A stretch of DNA of 63,854 nt, the filler included, from Reclinomonas americana ATCC 50394 (lineage: Eukaryota), in assembly GCA_048213135.1 (NCBI GenBank). It is 4 parts of one record of this genome, joined end to end, with 100 filler letters (N's around TTAATTAATTAA, not from the genome) between each part and the next. Parts side by side here need not be neighbours in the genome. Positions count along the whole stretch, not along the records: positions 1 to 14,877 come from PS015040.1; 3 more parts are not named here. The stretch is one strand, 5' to 3'. Shown in pieces: positions 1 through 14,260 of this stretch. The notes beneath the pieces were generated by a model that was not told the DNA's origin, did no database searches, and saw nothing but the letters and a program-made list of their open reading frames with translations. How positions within the stretch are numbered: the first letter of the stretch is position 1; each line of letters starts with the position of its first letter. Made by a program: the position numbers and the translations under genes.

Positions 1-457
1 TCTCTCTCTCTCTTCTCTTCTCTTTCTCTTCTCTTTCTCTTCTCTTTATCTTCTCTTTATCTTCTCTTTATCTTCTCTTTCTCTTCTCTCTCTCATTCTT
101 TCTTTCTCTTTCTCTCTCTTTCCTTCTTTCTCTTTCTTTCTCTCTCTCTTTCTCTCTTTCTCTTCTCTCTCTCTCTCTACTCTCTACTCTCTTTTTTCTT
201 CTCTCTCTCTCTCACTTTCTTTCTCACTCTCTCTTTCTCTTTCTCTTCTCTCTTTCTTTCTCTATGCCCTCTCTTTCTCTTCTCTCTCTCTCTCTCTTTT
301 TCTCTCTGCCCTCTCTTCCCCCAGGCGCCCATGTAAACGAGCGATGGGTGTCTGCAGCAGATCTTTCCACTCGCGCGCTGTCATCGATGCTCCCCCCACT
401 CTCCCTTTCCCTCCTCTTTCCCTCTTTTGTGCTCATCGCGTCCAACCAACTACGCAG

Positions 458-617
458 AGTCGACACCAACATTGAGCACTCGTTGATGAATGTGGAGCGC
501 GGACAGAGTCAGCTGGCGATCTACTTGGAGAATCTCAAGTCCTCCAAGTGGCTCGTCCTCAAAGTGGTGGGCGTTCTCTTCTTCTTCATCCTCTTCTTCA
601 GCGTGTTTGTCATGTGA
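458..617 (+). CDS. Syntaxin-5/Sed5-like Qa-SNARE, last exon (partial gene)
   Basis: After acceptor tacgcag: VDTNIEHSLMNVERGQSQLAIYLENLKSSKWLVLKVVGVLFFFILFFSVFVM*. This is the end of a SNARE helix, an SSxW juxtamembrane motif and a C-terminal TM anchor, as in syntaxin 5. Confidence 0.75.
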
Positions 618-764
618 ACGCACACTGCCAGTCGTGTCCAATAAAAATACGCACGCTTGCTTCGTTGTTGTGGTGGTAACAGAATAGTCATTCACTTTTG
701 GTGTTGGTGCGGCATACAGTTGTTGTTTTCACTTGAAAGAACTCTCCAAGCTGGGTGTTTTTCT

Positions 765-3700
765 TCACAGGTGTGCTGTGGTCATCGCCGATGGACCCAC
801 AGTTGTGGCCGGCGGAGTAAACATGGGTGATCCACTGGGTGGCGACCCGTTGGTGGACGAGGCGAGGGAGGGAGAGCCGCCCGCGGAATATGTGGGACCT
901 GCGCGACAACATACAAGGAGTGAGAGTTGACAACACGGGGGGAGTATGTTCCGATCCACGCAACTGTGCGAGCTAAATGTGCGCTGCTTGTCGTCCGAGA
1001 TGCGTCTCCGGGCATCCGAGGCCAGCGACATTAGCGATAAATCCTCCCCGGTGCGCTGCAACAGATCGGCAAACGAGGCGAGATTGGCTGGTGGTGACTT
1101 GCGGCCGCCAAATCCAGCTCGAGCAAACCCAGTGGCGATGTTATCTGCACAGACCATGAATATCACTCCTCCTTCCCTTCCTTCTCCTCTCTCTCTCTTT
1201 TCCACTCACCCGAGTTCCTGCCCGACACAATTGTGGTGGCCGCCGATGACGACGCCACATCAATCACCCGTCGAAACGGCGACTGCCTCTCGTCGCCACT
1301 CGACAGCAAACCCTCGACCGGATCAACATCCGTCAGCAAGTCGCTCTCCGTGCCGTAGCTGCCAATCGACTCGACCGTGCCGGTACTCTGCCGCCGCAGC
1401 GCCGCCTGCGGTGTGCTCGCCCCAATGTCGTGCGCCAGTCGTCGCAGTGCCATGCTGATGCCGTTGGTGCTGCCGGGCCCAATCGACTCCACGTCGGGGC
1501 TCGACGACGAAGAGGCACTCGAGCCGCCCGCGCCCTCGCTGGCCGCCTGAATCGGTGAAATCCGAGAGCGCGGTCGCGGCACAGCAGCCGAGGGGCCACT
1601 GGACATGGAGGTGAACACAGAGTCGGCGTAGCGCACGCGAGTGTGCTCGCTGCTGTCCATGTGATGCACGTGATGCTCGCTGTCGCCCAGCACCACCGAG
1701 TCACGCTCATCCGCCGACTCGGTCGCCGTGTACTGCGGGTACGGCACGAGACCGGCGGCGGCGGGTGTGGAGCGACGGCGATTCACCTGACGCTGAGGAA
1801 GTGGCGCCGGCACAGCAACAGCAGCGGCGGCCGCCGGTGACAGTGAGATGCGCTTCTGTGGCAAGTGCGCGCTGTCCATCGACGACAGCGAAGAGGGCGA
1901 TTCGGTGTGCACGCGGCGTCGAATGTTCTCCACAGCGGAGCTCTTTGCCTCGCGGCTCAACGGCGGCGACTCCTCGGGCACATTGACGCGAATGCTGGGC
2001 ACACGGTCCTCACCGGCCTGAGCCGACGCCGATGATGACGGTGGTGGTGGTGGTGGTGGCATCAGCGCGTGAGTGGAATACTGCTGCTGCTGCTGCGATG
2101 CCTCCATCAGCGCTGGCAGTGCGGTCGTGGAAGATGTCACCGAGTACGGTGAACGGTGGCTGAGCGGCATGTCCAGTCCATGGACCGCCCTGAGGGCGAG
2201 CAGAGAACGGTGAATCGCCTGTTCTGTTTTCTATCTCTCTCCACCTCTATCCATCACGCACCCGTCGAGGACAACCAGTGCCGCGTCGCCGAGGCTTGCA
2301 ATTTCACGATTCAGGCGCTCGTTCTGCGCCAGGATGCGTCTGTTGATTTCCAGTGCACGCTGATTGGTGGATTTCAGGCGTTCCAGCTCCAACTCCAAGT
2401 CGCGATTGCGCCTGCGGCAGGTGACAAGTGGGTGATGGAGACTACCGACGAGACTCTAACACTGCATCGGGTCGTGGAAACACACCCGAGTCCAATCTGT
2501 GACTCGCGCAACGACGACCGCAGCTGCGACGCCTCCGACATCATTTGTTGTTTCTGTCATCACAGTCGTGTAAGCATGCAATGACACAGTCAGCCTGGCT
2601 ACACAGCGCTCGTACTCGTATTCACCTCACGATCGGATTCGCGCAACCGCTCACGCAATCGTTCCAGGGCCGCATTCTGTAAAGCACCGCCATTGAGTGC
2701 GAGTGTTGCGGACTGGTAGCTCCTCGCGCCGACGCAACATGCGCATTCTGCGACTGGTGCAACTCCTTCTCGAGAGTCACTTGCCGCTCCGACATCTTGG
2801 CCATCTTGATGCTCTGCAAGTTGCGCTCCTGCTGCAGCGCCTCCTTTTCGTGTGTGCAGTTGTCGAGGAGGCGAGTCAACTGCGTCACGCACACACACAC
2901 ACAACAAATGGGCGAGAAGTGCTTAGAGCACCCCTCCATGATGCTTGTTTCATCACTTCACCGCACCTCTTCCTTCTGACGGACGGCAAGAGCCTCGGAC
3001 TCGGCCGCAGAGGTCACCTTGCGCCGTAGTGTTGTCACTTCGGTGTCGCGCTCATGCACATTCTGTGTGGAGGAGTGCACACGCATGCGATCAGACAGTC
3101 TCCCCCGTCAACAAGTGTGCGAGCGCGCAACGCAACATGCTGCAGATCCTGCAGTCTCCGTTCCGTTTCCGAGCAGCGATTGCGATACGACTCGCACTCA
3201 CGATCACGTTCCCTCAATTGCTCCTCCAGTTGTCGAATGCGTGCGCGCAGTCCCTCCACTTCGCTCTCGTGTCTGGTTGTGATGCGGTGAGGATTTGACA
3301 GAGGAAGAAAGATGAGATATGCAGCGTGTTAGACGCAACAGGGCCTGGATCTGCGCCTGCTCCGCCGCCTGCCGCTCCGCCGACAACCGTGCCACTCGCT
3401 CAGTCACCTGCCCGCCGGCCTTCACTACCGGACCATGCAGCCACTCCAGCAGGTACTTGTTCTTCAGGGAGCCCTTGGCGACCTCGTTGTACTTTTTCAC
3501 CAGCACCTCCACTTCGGCCTGGAACTCGCTGTAGGAGGTGACCTGCTGCACCTTGACCGCCAGTGCCTCGTTCAGCACCTCCACCACTCCCTCGCAGAGG
3601 GCACGAGAGCGCTTGTCCTGTGCCCGGCGGATCTTCTTGTTCTCGTCCTCCATCATGCTCTGCGATGGACATGATGGAGGGGGAGAGTGAGTGGCTGTGC

Positions 3701-5025
3701 GCACACCCCCGTTCCCCTTGACAGCCTCACCTTCAACCTCTCCATGTACTCGGCCTTCTCATCGCCCATGGCCTTCTTGCCAAACAACCGCAACGTCTCC
3801 TCCCCAAACTTGCGCATCTCGGCCTCGGCCAACGCATCCTCCATGGCCGAATCACGCAGCACCACACTTCGGCGACGATAGTCATTAATCGCCAAGTCGA
3901 CTGCCCTCTCGTTTTCCGTGTGCATCACCGCCTCCCATGCCGTGCTGATGGTCGGGCACGTCCCCGTATTCATCGCATCCACATAGCTCATTGCCAGGGT
4001 GGCCAGCACTGGGAGGGCGGAGAGCGCAGTGAGGCATGAACCTCTCCCACTATTGATTCGCATCGACGCAACTGCTTCCTGTCATCAGTTTGCCATTCAT
4101 GCGCTTCGGTGGCACTCTCGACAGAATGTGTCGCTTGAGGTTGTCCATCTGTTGCCTGAACTCCGGTCTCAGCTGCGTCGGTTCGAGCGACGACATGTGC
4201 TGCAGTGCGCCCTCGTCCATCACCGGTCGCACCATGGTGAAGCACTCGCGTCGCGGGAAGAGTGTGCGGATCGAGTCACGAATGCGATTCTTTGCTCTGC
4301 GCGGATCGGTCAACAAGGAGACAAGGACGAGAGGGGGGAGGGAGGGAGAGAGAGACGCACTTGCGCTGCTCGCTGTCGCCCTCCAGTTGCGGTCGCAGCA
4401 CCATCTCCAGGTAGTCGTTCGAGGTGATCGGTCGATCGTGCTCGTCGACGAGGCGCAGAGTAAAGTCGCGCACCAGCCACAGGAACGGTGGGAAGTACGA
4501 GGCCAGCTGCGAGCTGCTCACCGAGCCCGTGTCGTCGTCGTCTGTGTCGAGCGATACGCGAACGAGTTTGCTGATTTCAGCGACCAACCTGCGTTGCATC
4601 GGCAAGAGTGAGCGTCACGCTGTCTTCTTTCTAACCGATCCCCGTACGCAACGACAGTCGCTCAATGGCGCCCTCATCGATATTGCCGAGGCTGTTGTAC
4701 ACGAAGAACGAGCTGAGCAGCAGGGCCAACGAGAACACCTTGACATCGTGTGTGTCGTTCTGGGTGAACGAGGCGATGCCTTCGGTGTCGAGCAACAGCA
4801 ATCGGCACGACTGCGTCTCCTGCCCGGCGGTGCGGATCATCACACGTTGCTCGGGCGGTGCAGCCCACAGCCACAGTCCCTTGGTCTGTGGTCGAACCGT
4901 CGATCCCAGTTGGAAGCCGTCTTGACGACCGACGAGCTGCACGGGGATCGATCAGCTTGATGGCGAGACGGGTTGATGCTTCTTCTTCATCGTCCTCCTT
5001 TCTCTCTCGATCGTCCTCTCTCTTA

Positions 5026-5079
<54 letters not shown>

Positions 5080-6036
5080 NNNNNNNNNNNNNNNNNNNNN
5101 NNNNNNNNNNNNNNNNNNNNNNNNNNNNNNNNNNNNNNNNNNNNNNNNNNNNNNNNNNNNNNNNNNNNNNNNNNNNNNNNNNNNNNNNNNNNNNNNNNNN
5201 NNNNNNNNNNNNNNNNNNNNNNNNNNNNNNNNNNNNNNNNNNNNNNNNNNNNNNNNNNNNNNNNNNNNNNNNNNNNNNNNNNNNNNNNNNNNNNNNNNNN
5301 NNNNNNNNNNNNNNNNNNNNNNNNNNNNNNNNNNNNNNNNNNNNNNNNNNNNNNNNNNNNNNNNNNNNNNNNNNNNNNNNNNNNNNNNNNNNNNNNNNNN
5401 NNNNNNNNNNNNNNNNNNNNNNNNNNNNNNNNNNNNNNNNNNNNNNNNNNNNNNNNNNNNNNNNNNNNNNNNNNNNNNNNNNNNNNNNNNNNNNNNNNNN
5501 NNNNNNNNNNNNNNNNNNNNNNNNNNNNNNNNNNNNNNNNNNNNNNNNNNNNNNNNNNNNNNNNNNNNNNNNNNNNNNNNNNNNNNNNNNNNNNNNNNNN
5601 NNNNNNNNNNNNNNNNNNNNNNNNNNNNNNNNNNNNNNNNNNNNNNNNNNNNNNNNNNNNNNNNNNNNNNNNNNNNNNNNNNNNNNNNNNNNNNNNNNNN
5701 NNNNNNNNNNNNNNNNNNNNNNNNNNNNNNNNNNNNNNNNNNNNNNNNNNNNNNNNNNNNNNNNNNNNNNNNNNNNNNNNNNNNNNNNNNNNNNNNNNNN
5801 NNNNNNNNNNNNNNNNNNNNNNNNNNNNNNNNNNNNNNNNNNNNNNNNNNNNNNNNNNNNNNNNNNNNNNNNNNNNNNNNNNNNNNNNNNNNNNNNNNNN
5901 NNNNNNNNNNNNNNNNNNNNNNNNNNNNNNNNNNNNNNNNNNNNNNNNNNNNNNNNNNNNNNNNNNNNNNNNNNNNNNNNNNNNNNNNNNNNNNNNNNNN
6001 NNNNNNNNNNNNNNNNNNNNNNNNNNNNNNNNNNNN

Positions 6037-6114
<78 letters not shown>

Positions 6115-6402
6115 TCTCTCTCCTGCGCGCATTCCTGCATCTGTGTATCTTCCTCTCCCTCTCTCTCTCTTTCCCCTCTTCTCTCTCTCTCTCCTCTCTC
6201 TCCCTCGTCCCTCCCCCCTTCTCTCCTCCTCCCTTCACACCTGATTCAACACAAAGCTCTTGCCAGTGCGATACAGTCCCGCCACGGCAATGACCGCGAT
6301 TGGATCGTCGCCAATCGACTCGAGCAATTCGCACGCCTCATCCTCCAGCGACAGCTGCCCAGTGGCCTCTGTCGCCTGGATGAACGGGATCGGCCGATTC
6401 AT
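765..6402 (-). CDS. Guanylate-binding protein (GBP/atlastin-family large GTPase) with coiled coil and long low-complexity tail, about 15 exons
   Basis: Spliced motifs: [17 protein letters not shown] (P-loop), [49 protein letters not shown]. 14 GT-AG introns keep the frame open to TGA at 765. Intron 1 spans an N gap. Confidence 0.88.
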
Positions 6403-6525
6403 GTCACCTGCTTCCTTCTTTCGCCTTCAGCGATTTGTTTGGCGACCGTTACTCTGCTCGCGCCGACTGCGACTGTCCTTATCTGTCCCTTGTTTTTATT
6501 TTCGCATTTGCGAGCCCGGGCTATC

Positions 6526-8185
6526 ATGCTCCTGCAACGAATGTTGCTGCAGCGCGGGGCGCGCGATGGATGAGCGCCGCGCTGCCCAAGTACGACGACA
6601 CACTTGGCCAGATCATTCAGGTGTGTGTGTGTGTCCTCGACTTTTCATGCACATGTGCATGTGCACACATGTCACGCTCACGCACTCACCGCTCCCTTTT
6701 GATCTGCAGTCGGCCTTCTCCGAGATGCAAGCAGCGGGCACGTTCAAACGCGAGCGCGTAATGACGTCAGCGCAGGGTGCAGAAATCACGGTCAAGGGTC
6801 GGAAGAATCCGGTGCTCAACTTTTGCGCCAACAACTACCTGGGCCTGAGCAACCACCCCGAGGTGAGCCACGTGATGGGAGCGCCAAGATCTTTGTGTGT
6901 TTGTGTGTGTGTTTGGCTGACATGTCACATGTTTGTCGTGCAGTGCGTGACTGCCGCCCATCAAGGCCTCGACCAGCGTGGTGCGGGTCTGAGCAGCGTG
7001 CGATTCATCTGCGGCACGCAGGATATCCATAAGGATCTCGAGGCGGCGATTTCCAAGTTTCACGGCACCAAGGACTCGATCGTGTACCCGTCGTGCTTTG
7101 ATGCCAATGCCGGCCTGTTTGAGGCCAGTTGCGTTGCCTTTCCACCCTTCTCATCCATGTGTCAGTGGGAGAGAGAGAGAGAGAATGCTTACTGTTGGCG
7201 TGTATTGGGCAGTCTTGGGTCAGGAGGACGCGGTGATTAGCGACACGTTGAATCATGCCTCGATCATTGACGGCATTCGCCTCTGCAAGGCGCAGCGGTT
7301 CCGCTACAAGCACATTGACATGGCGGATCTGGAGCGCATTCTGCAAGAGACGCAGTCGTGCCGCATCCGTCTGATTGCCACTGACGGCGTGTTCTCCATG
7401 GACGGCGACTTGGCGCCGCTGGACAAGATCTGCCAGTTGGCCGACAAGTACAAGGCTCTGGTGTTTGTCGACGAGGTTTGTGACTGACTCTCCCGCCTCA
7501 TCGTTGTTATCATTGTTGTTTGGCTAACCTTGTCGTCTGCAGTGCCACGCCACTGGCTTCATTGGACGCACCGGCCGCGGCACAGACGAGCACTTTGGTG
7601 TGCAGGGCCGCATCGACATTATCAACAGCACCCTCGGCAAGGCTCTCGGCGGCGCCACTGGCGGTTACACGACGGGCCGTGCCGATGTGGTGGAACTGCT
7701 GCGACAGCGTGGACGGCCGTACCTGTTTAGCAACTCCCTGGCGCCCTCGGTGGTCATGTCGAGCATGAAGGCCCTGGAGCTGGCCTCGCGCGACACTGGC
7801 CTGCGTGATCATCTCGCAGCCAATACCACCAAGTTCCGCACCTCGATGCGCAAGGCGGGCTTCCAGATTCGCGGCAACGACGCGTGCCCAATTGTTCCCG
7901 TCATGTTTGGCGATGCGCGCATTGCGGTGCAGTTTGCCGAGGCCATGTTGGACAAGGACATTTATGTGATTGCCTTTAGGTTTGTGAGCAGACAAAAAAG
8001 TATTGTTCGGCGTGCCTGCTCAACTCACTTTCTCTCTCTCTCTCTCGCCTCACAGTTACCCGGTGGTGCCCAAGGGCGAGGCGCGCATTCGCGTGCAGCT
8101 CTCTGCGGCGCACACGCCGGAGCATGTTGACAAGGCCATCAATGCCTTTGTGGAGATTGGCCGCCGGCTGCGCGTGATTTCGTAA
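6526..8185 (+). CDS. GCAT: 2-amino-3-ketobutyrate CoA ligase / glycine C-acetyltransferase (PLP-dependent), 6 exons
   Basis: [97 protein letters not shown]. Start is 6570, or 6526 if a 1-nt frameshift is a sequencing error. Confidence 0.95.
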
Positions 8186-10135
8186 ACAGCGCGCCGTGCG
8201 AGGATGAGGAGTTGTTGTGTTGCATGATCAAGTTTCGTCAACACGATCGGCGCAATGCAGGAGCCACTGTTACTCACTGTTTTCGATGTGCAGTTGTTTT
8301 CTGGTTATATCCTGCCTTGGTGTTATTGTTGTTGTTGTACGATATCAATGATGTTTGGTGATGAGGTGAGTGTGGAGTCGCATGGGTTGGGGCGTTCTTT
8401 CTCCTTTTGAATGATGACATGGATATGCGTGGGAATCTCTCTGAGATGGTGCACAAGATGTGCCGCATGCTGTCGCAACATATCCTCCCTATTCTGACGC
8501 TTTTGATTCTCCTGCTGCTTATGTCCTCTCTTTCTGAGTGTGGGAAGGCAAAGTTGGAGAACTCACTGTGGTGATGCGCCTCAGGTTGGCCGTGGAGTCG
8601 CCGCTGTCCTCGTGAACAGAGCTAGTGCTGCGGTGAGTGGATGTGCTTCTTGGTTGTGTGTGTGCGTGTGGAAAAGATGTTGAGAGGGCGCTATTCTTTC
8701 TCTGATGATTTTGTGTCGCTACCACTGAATCGTGATGGACATATCACAAATGCCTGAGAATCACCACACGCGCTCCTTATTGTGTGTGTGTCTTTCTGTC
8801 GGATGGTGATGATGGTGCTGGCACACGCTGATGACTCACCAGGGTGTTCTGATTACAGATTGCGGGTACTCGCCGTGGCATTCTTGCTGCCGGCACGGTT
8901 GCAACTCGCGCACTTGGTGGTGAGTGTGGCTGTGGGTGTGGGAGCGCGTATCTGTGACTTTCTCTCTGTCTATATGATGAAAAAACATTGGTCCGTGTTA
9001 CTGAGCCCGTCTATGGCGATAACAATAACCACCGTCTGAACCTCCGTCACTCGAACTATGTGTCGTTTCCTAGTTGTTTCACGCAACTCGAGTACTCACT
9101 GCGCTTTGGCAGATTGTCCGTTACCTTGTTGCGAGTGGAAGAGGAGTGGCCGGAGACTCGAGTCGGTGAGTGGGTGATTGTTGGTGGTGATCGTTGTTGT
9201 GAGGCCTTGTGTTTGTGTGTGCGCGTCCAAGGATGAATTGATCTTGCCGAAAGGATAATGTCGACAATCTAATCTCTACCACCCGTAGAAACTGAGGACA
9301 GAGCACCACACTGAGCAGTGCACCATGTGCCTCTTGTCGCAGACACGATGTGCTCATGATTGTGTTTCCTGTTGCACAGCAATGCGGCCGGTCGGTGTCT
9401 GGACGTGTTGCTCGACTCGACCTCCTCTGCCCCGCAGTCGCGAAGGTGAGCAGACATTAGCAACAGGGGAGAGGTGTTGTGTCGTGTCTTGCTGTGCATA
9501 GAGTTGTGTCATGTTTGTGGAGGGAGAGATGACCCACTGTTGCAAAGCAACCTTGGTAATGCGGACCATATCTGCTACCGTTTTGGTAGTAGACTGCATG
9601 TGCGCCCTTGGTCAGTCATAGTTACTCTGACCCTCTTTTACCTTGAGTTTTACACGGGGTTCGCCACTGGTCACCGTTCTCATAACTAATCCGTTCTTCT
9701 CTTTGGTTCGCCTGTTCCACGTCGCAGGCCAACGAGAGATGCCTGCGCGATGACTGCACGATGGTGAACGGATGGATGACGCCACAATGTGAGTTTGACC
9801 ACGCATGGTGTAGCTCATTCTCTTTCCTTCTCTCTTTCTCCGCTCTCTCTTTCTTCCTCGGCGCACACTACAATAGTGTGATGATAACTCAATCCGACTC
9901 CGAGATTCGTCTCTGAAGAAGAAAACCGAGCTTTTTAATTCTGACATGTGTGTGTGTGCCACCACCGCCTCCTCTTTGATTCATCGCCAAGTATTGCTTG
10001 TGGGAATCGCTTCTGTTGCTAAAATTTGTCTCTCTTTTGATGCAGGAGTCGATTGCGCTCGAATCCCCAATGAGCTGTAATGAATCGAGTGCGCTCGTGT
10101 TTTGATTTCGTTTTGTCAATTAGTTCATTCTTCAT

Positions 10136-13100
10136 TCATTGTACAAAGTCATACGCCATCCAGTGGTATGGGTCCAAGAGTGGCCGGTCAGAATACGCAT
10201 TTGCCGCCAGGCCAAGCAGGAGTGACCAGAGAGCGGTGCTGATGAACAGGAAGCGAGTGCTAGCGGCCGCACGCTCACGCGGCAACAGACTCCTATGAGT
10301 GTTTGACACACTCAGCAGGAGGGCAACCAAGAAGAGGGAGCACGTAGTGGCTGCTGCGAGGGCCACCAGCAGCACCAAGTGCCGACTGCGTCGTTGCAGT
10401 TCGGCATCCGGCACCTCAGCTGCGCTCATCAGCCGCGACGACAACGAGCTGTACCACATGATCACAAAGTGGCACATCAACATTTGCACGACGAGGGCGA
10501 TGAAGGGCTCGTCGAGCAGGAAGTACAGCAGGTGGTAGAGCAGTATCATGGAGGCGAAGAACGCCGTGGTGAGGTGGTGAGCGATCGTGTCGGCACCCGT
10601 TTTTATCCGCGGCCACATGCAGGCCCTGCGTGACAACAATAACAATAACACCAGTGATAAGCAACGAATGCACTGAATGACGCCTCTTATTGATATTCGT
10701 GCGAAACACACCAGTTGCTGACGAGTGTGGGGCATGCGTACGTGTAGGCCACGAGAATCGTGATGCTGCGAAGAAAGCCAACAAGTTCAGATACATCTAG
10801 AAGTTGGTGAGGAGTGCGACAAATTATTGCGCAACAGCAACCACAATCGAGCAGGAAAACTGTCCAGGAGAAGCACCACGCCCGCCAGCTTCTCGGTGCC
10901 CAGCAGCTGCAATGCGGTGCCGACAACCACCAGCCCCGACGACTGTGACACCCACACACTCATTAGATTACTCACTCATGTACGGTGTGGGGTAAATCAC
11001 ACAGCGACTCACGTAGCGGACAAGTCGCGACATGCACACCCACAGCGCGATTTGTACGAGGATGGAGATGATCTCCATGGCTTGGATCAGTGGCGCCCAA
11101 TCGTGCTCACGCGGCAGCACGGTCAGCGGCAGCAAAAACAGGCCAATCATGCACACAAACATGACGGGCACGACAAGTAGAGGCCGCCACACGTGCTTCG
11201 GCATCACGGCAAGCCCTGATGCGTCGTCGCAGATGATGAGTCGCACACAGCGAATGACGCAACATGACGCGCAGCTGCACGCAACATGGTGGCGAGTATT
11301 GGCTGCGGAACTCTTGCGACAGACCGGCATTGATTGCAATCAGCAGCTGCATGAGCTGAACGCTGAGCAGGAAGAGCGTCCACTTGAAGCGCGGGCCGTG
11401 CAGGACCAGACTCAGCAGCCAGGCAGCCGACAGCGAGACGTACAGCACAAATGTCTGCACCGCAACCCCACCCACAACCGACAGCCGTCAGCCAACTCAT
11501 TCTTTGGTCGACTCACTCGTGAAGCACGCATGTGAACCTTGCTCTGCAGCACCGGACGATCCTTGCGAATATTGGGCAGGTCGTCGGCGGCCAAAGCCGG
11601 GGTCATGTGAGCAGCTGTGGTGGCGCGCGGTCACATGGATGGAGGGTCGCAAGTCGACCAACACGACAATCACGCACCTCGGGACGACGACAGCGTCCGG
11701 CTCCAGCAGTAAGCGTGCAGCGTGGAGATCGCCAATGGTGCTGCTGTTTTTTCAGCGCACTCGAGTGTCTTACTGTCTCCAGTCGGCAGGGCACGGTGGT
11801 GCGCTCCGCGCAGCTTGTCAAACACTTGGCGCACAGGCACCGTCCGCGAGTCCACCGGCACGTACAGGCTGGTGCCCTTGACGTTTTGCAGCGCACCAAC
11901 CAGCAGCGTGTAGACCAGCACCTCAGTGGAAGGGCAGTACACGAACTCGCGCAGCACCACAAGCAGCACGCGGACCGAAGACATGTCGAACTGAAGAAGA
12001 GCACCCCAGTCTGCGAGATCACTCTTGTCAGCACCACGTGCCCGTGCGACAAAGACAGACGGGCGATCCACAAGCGCAACGAATGCTAACGCCGTCGGCG
12101 TGCAGCGGCAATTCGACGCCAAAGTACGGGTAGTCGACGACGAGTGCCAGCAAGATGTGGAAGAATAGCAGCGTGGCCACGCCCGACCATCGTAATCTCT
12201 GCAGCAGGTGGATGCTGCTGATTTTTCCGCGGTACCACTTGGCTTGCCCTGTGGGTGGAGAGAGAGAGCGAGAGAGAGAGAGAGAGAGAGGAGTAGTGGA
12301 GGATGAGTATCGTGTGGACGACGGCGTCNNNNNNNNNNNNNNNNNNNNNNNNNNNNNNNNNCGACCACATCGACTAACGAGTGTCACCCGCACTAATGCA
12401 ACTGTTGAGCGCGAGAGAAAATGCTCCACGCCGTGGACACGACAAACAGGGTGATGCCAGAGATGAGGCCACAGGTGCGGAGTCGATGGTCGAACAAGAG
12501 CGATTCGTGAAGCGGTAATACACGCCACAGGAAGCCGGAGCGGAGGGATGCTGTCGCACATGAACCACTTTCTTGTCAGTGTTGTGGTGGACAAAGAGGC
12601 AAAGATGAATAGTGTACGCAACTCGGCATCAGCATAATATCTGCCTCACCGCTCATCTCCGCCACTGCCCACCACCAGTGGCACGTCAGCGACAACAACA
12701 AGTACTCCCTCTGTGAGCAGACGTAGCCCCGGACGCAACATGAAACTGGCACGTCGCTGACGAAAAAATACACGAACGCAAAGCAGACGACCGCCAGCCA
12801 CGAACACAGCAGCGGCAAGTTGCCGTTGTGTCCAAACGCCGCTGCAGGCTGCGTATGGATGATACGGTGTGAGTCTGCCTTGTGGGGTGCGGAGCGTGAG
12901 TGTGTGCATTGGAGGCCATCTATGCTCACCACCCCCGACAACCACCGGCACGTGTCGTCAACGCGGTGGCGAATGCGTGGGCTCGCCAAGTGCAAGTACA
13001 TCACGGCCACCGGCAGCACACACAGCAAGAATGCAAACATCCAGAAGCACACCATCGACGGCATGGCCAGCCACCACGCTGTGTGCGTGTCAGACACCAA

Positions 13101-13710
13101 AAAAACTACAACGACCGCGACTGCAACGGCGCGCAACTCTTGGTCGGCGTGAACACCAGCGAGGACGCATACGGCGCCGTCAACAAAAGCCCCAGAGTGG
13201 CCACCATGACCGGCAACACGGCAAAGGAGAGCAGCAGCACGCACGCAATGACCCACTGGAAGAGCACGAGGTTGTGCACGAATATGGTGTGCGACCAGAA
13301 AAATGTCGGATCCACCAGCGGAAAGTGCGTGTGCCACCACATGACGGCGGCCAAGAAGGCGCCAACGGCCAGCAGCGAAGGCGGTTGACCCTGTTGTTAC
13401 TGTTGAATGGACGACAAAGCGCTGAGTGCAGAGCGCAGCGTGCGAGAGTCACGCAACTCGCAATCTCATCAGGTACTCGGGGAGTTGCGAGGCACCGAGC
13501 GCCGCCATGCCCAGCACCAGCGTCGGAATCACCAGCGTGGTTGCCGCCCCAAACACGTCGGGCATTTCGTGTTCAACGAGCAGCCCGATGAGTGACGCCA
13601 GCACAAAGATGACCACGTCTCCACCGGGAACACCGGCGGCGCGGTGCACTTCGTGGTACAGAGTCAGGCCGACGGAGCGCGAGAACAGGAACACGAAGAT
13701 GCACAGGCTA
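10136..13710 (-). CDS. Large multi-pass membrane protein of unknown function (5' part missing; possibly divergent MARCH6/Doa10-like)
   Basis: About 14 exons can be joined in frame through GT-AG introns (one junction spans a small N gap), giving many hydrophobic helices and ending DPYHWMAYDFVQ*. Family assignment is tentative. Confidence 0.65.
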
Positions 13711-14260
13711 CACGCAGGGAGCGATGTAAGTCAAAAGAAAGCCAGCTGCAGCGCAATCGTGCCTGCNNNNNNNNNNNNNNNNNNNNNNNNNNNNNNNNNN
13801 NNNNNNNNNNNNNNNNNNNNNNNNNNNNNNNNNNNNNNNNNNNNNNNNNNNNNNNNNNNNNNNNNNNNNNNNNNNNNNNNNNNNNNNNNNNNNNNNNNNN
13901 NNNNNNNNNNNNNNNNNNNNNNNNNNNNNNNNNNNNNNNNNNNNNNNNNNNNNNNNNNNNNNNNNNNNNNNNNNNNNNNNNNNNNNNNNNNNNNNNNNNN
14001 NNNNNNNNNNNNNNNNNNNNNNNNNNNNNNNNNNNNNNNNNNNNNNNNNNNNNNNNNNNNNNNNNNNNNNNNNNNNNNNNNNNNNNNNNNNNNNNNNNNN
14101 NNNNNNNNNNNNNNNNNNNNNNNNNNNNNNNNNNNNNNNNNNNNNNNNNNNNNNNNNNNNNNNNNNNNNNNNNNNNNNNNNNNNNNNNNNNNNNNNNNNN
14201 NNNNNNNNNNNNNNNNNNNNNNNNNNNNNNNNNNNNNNNNNNNNNNNNNNNNNNNNNNNN

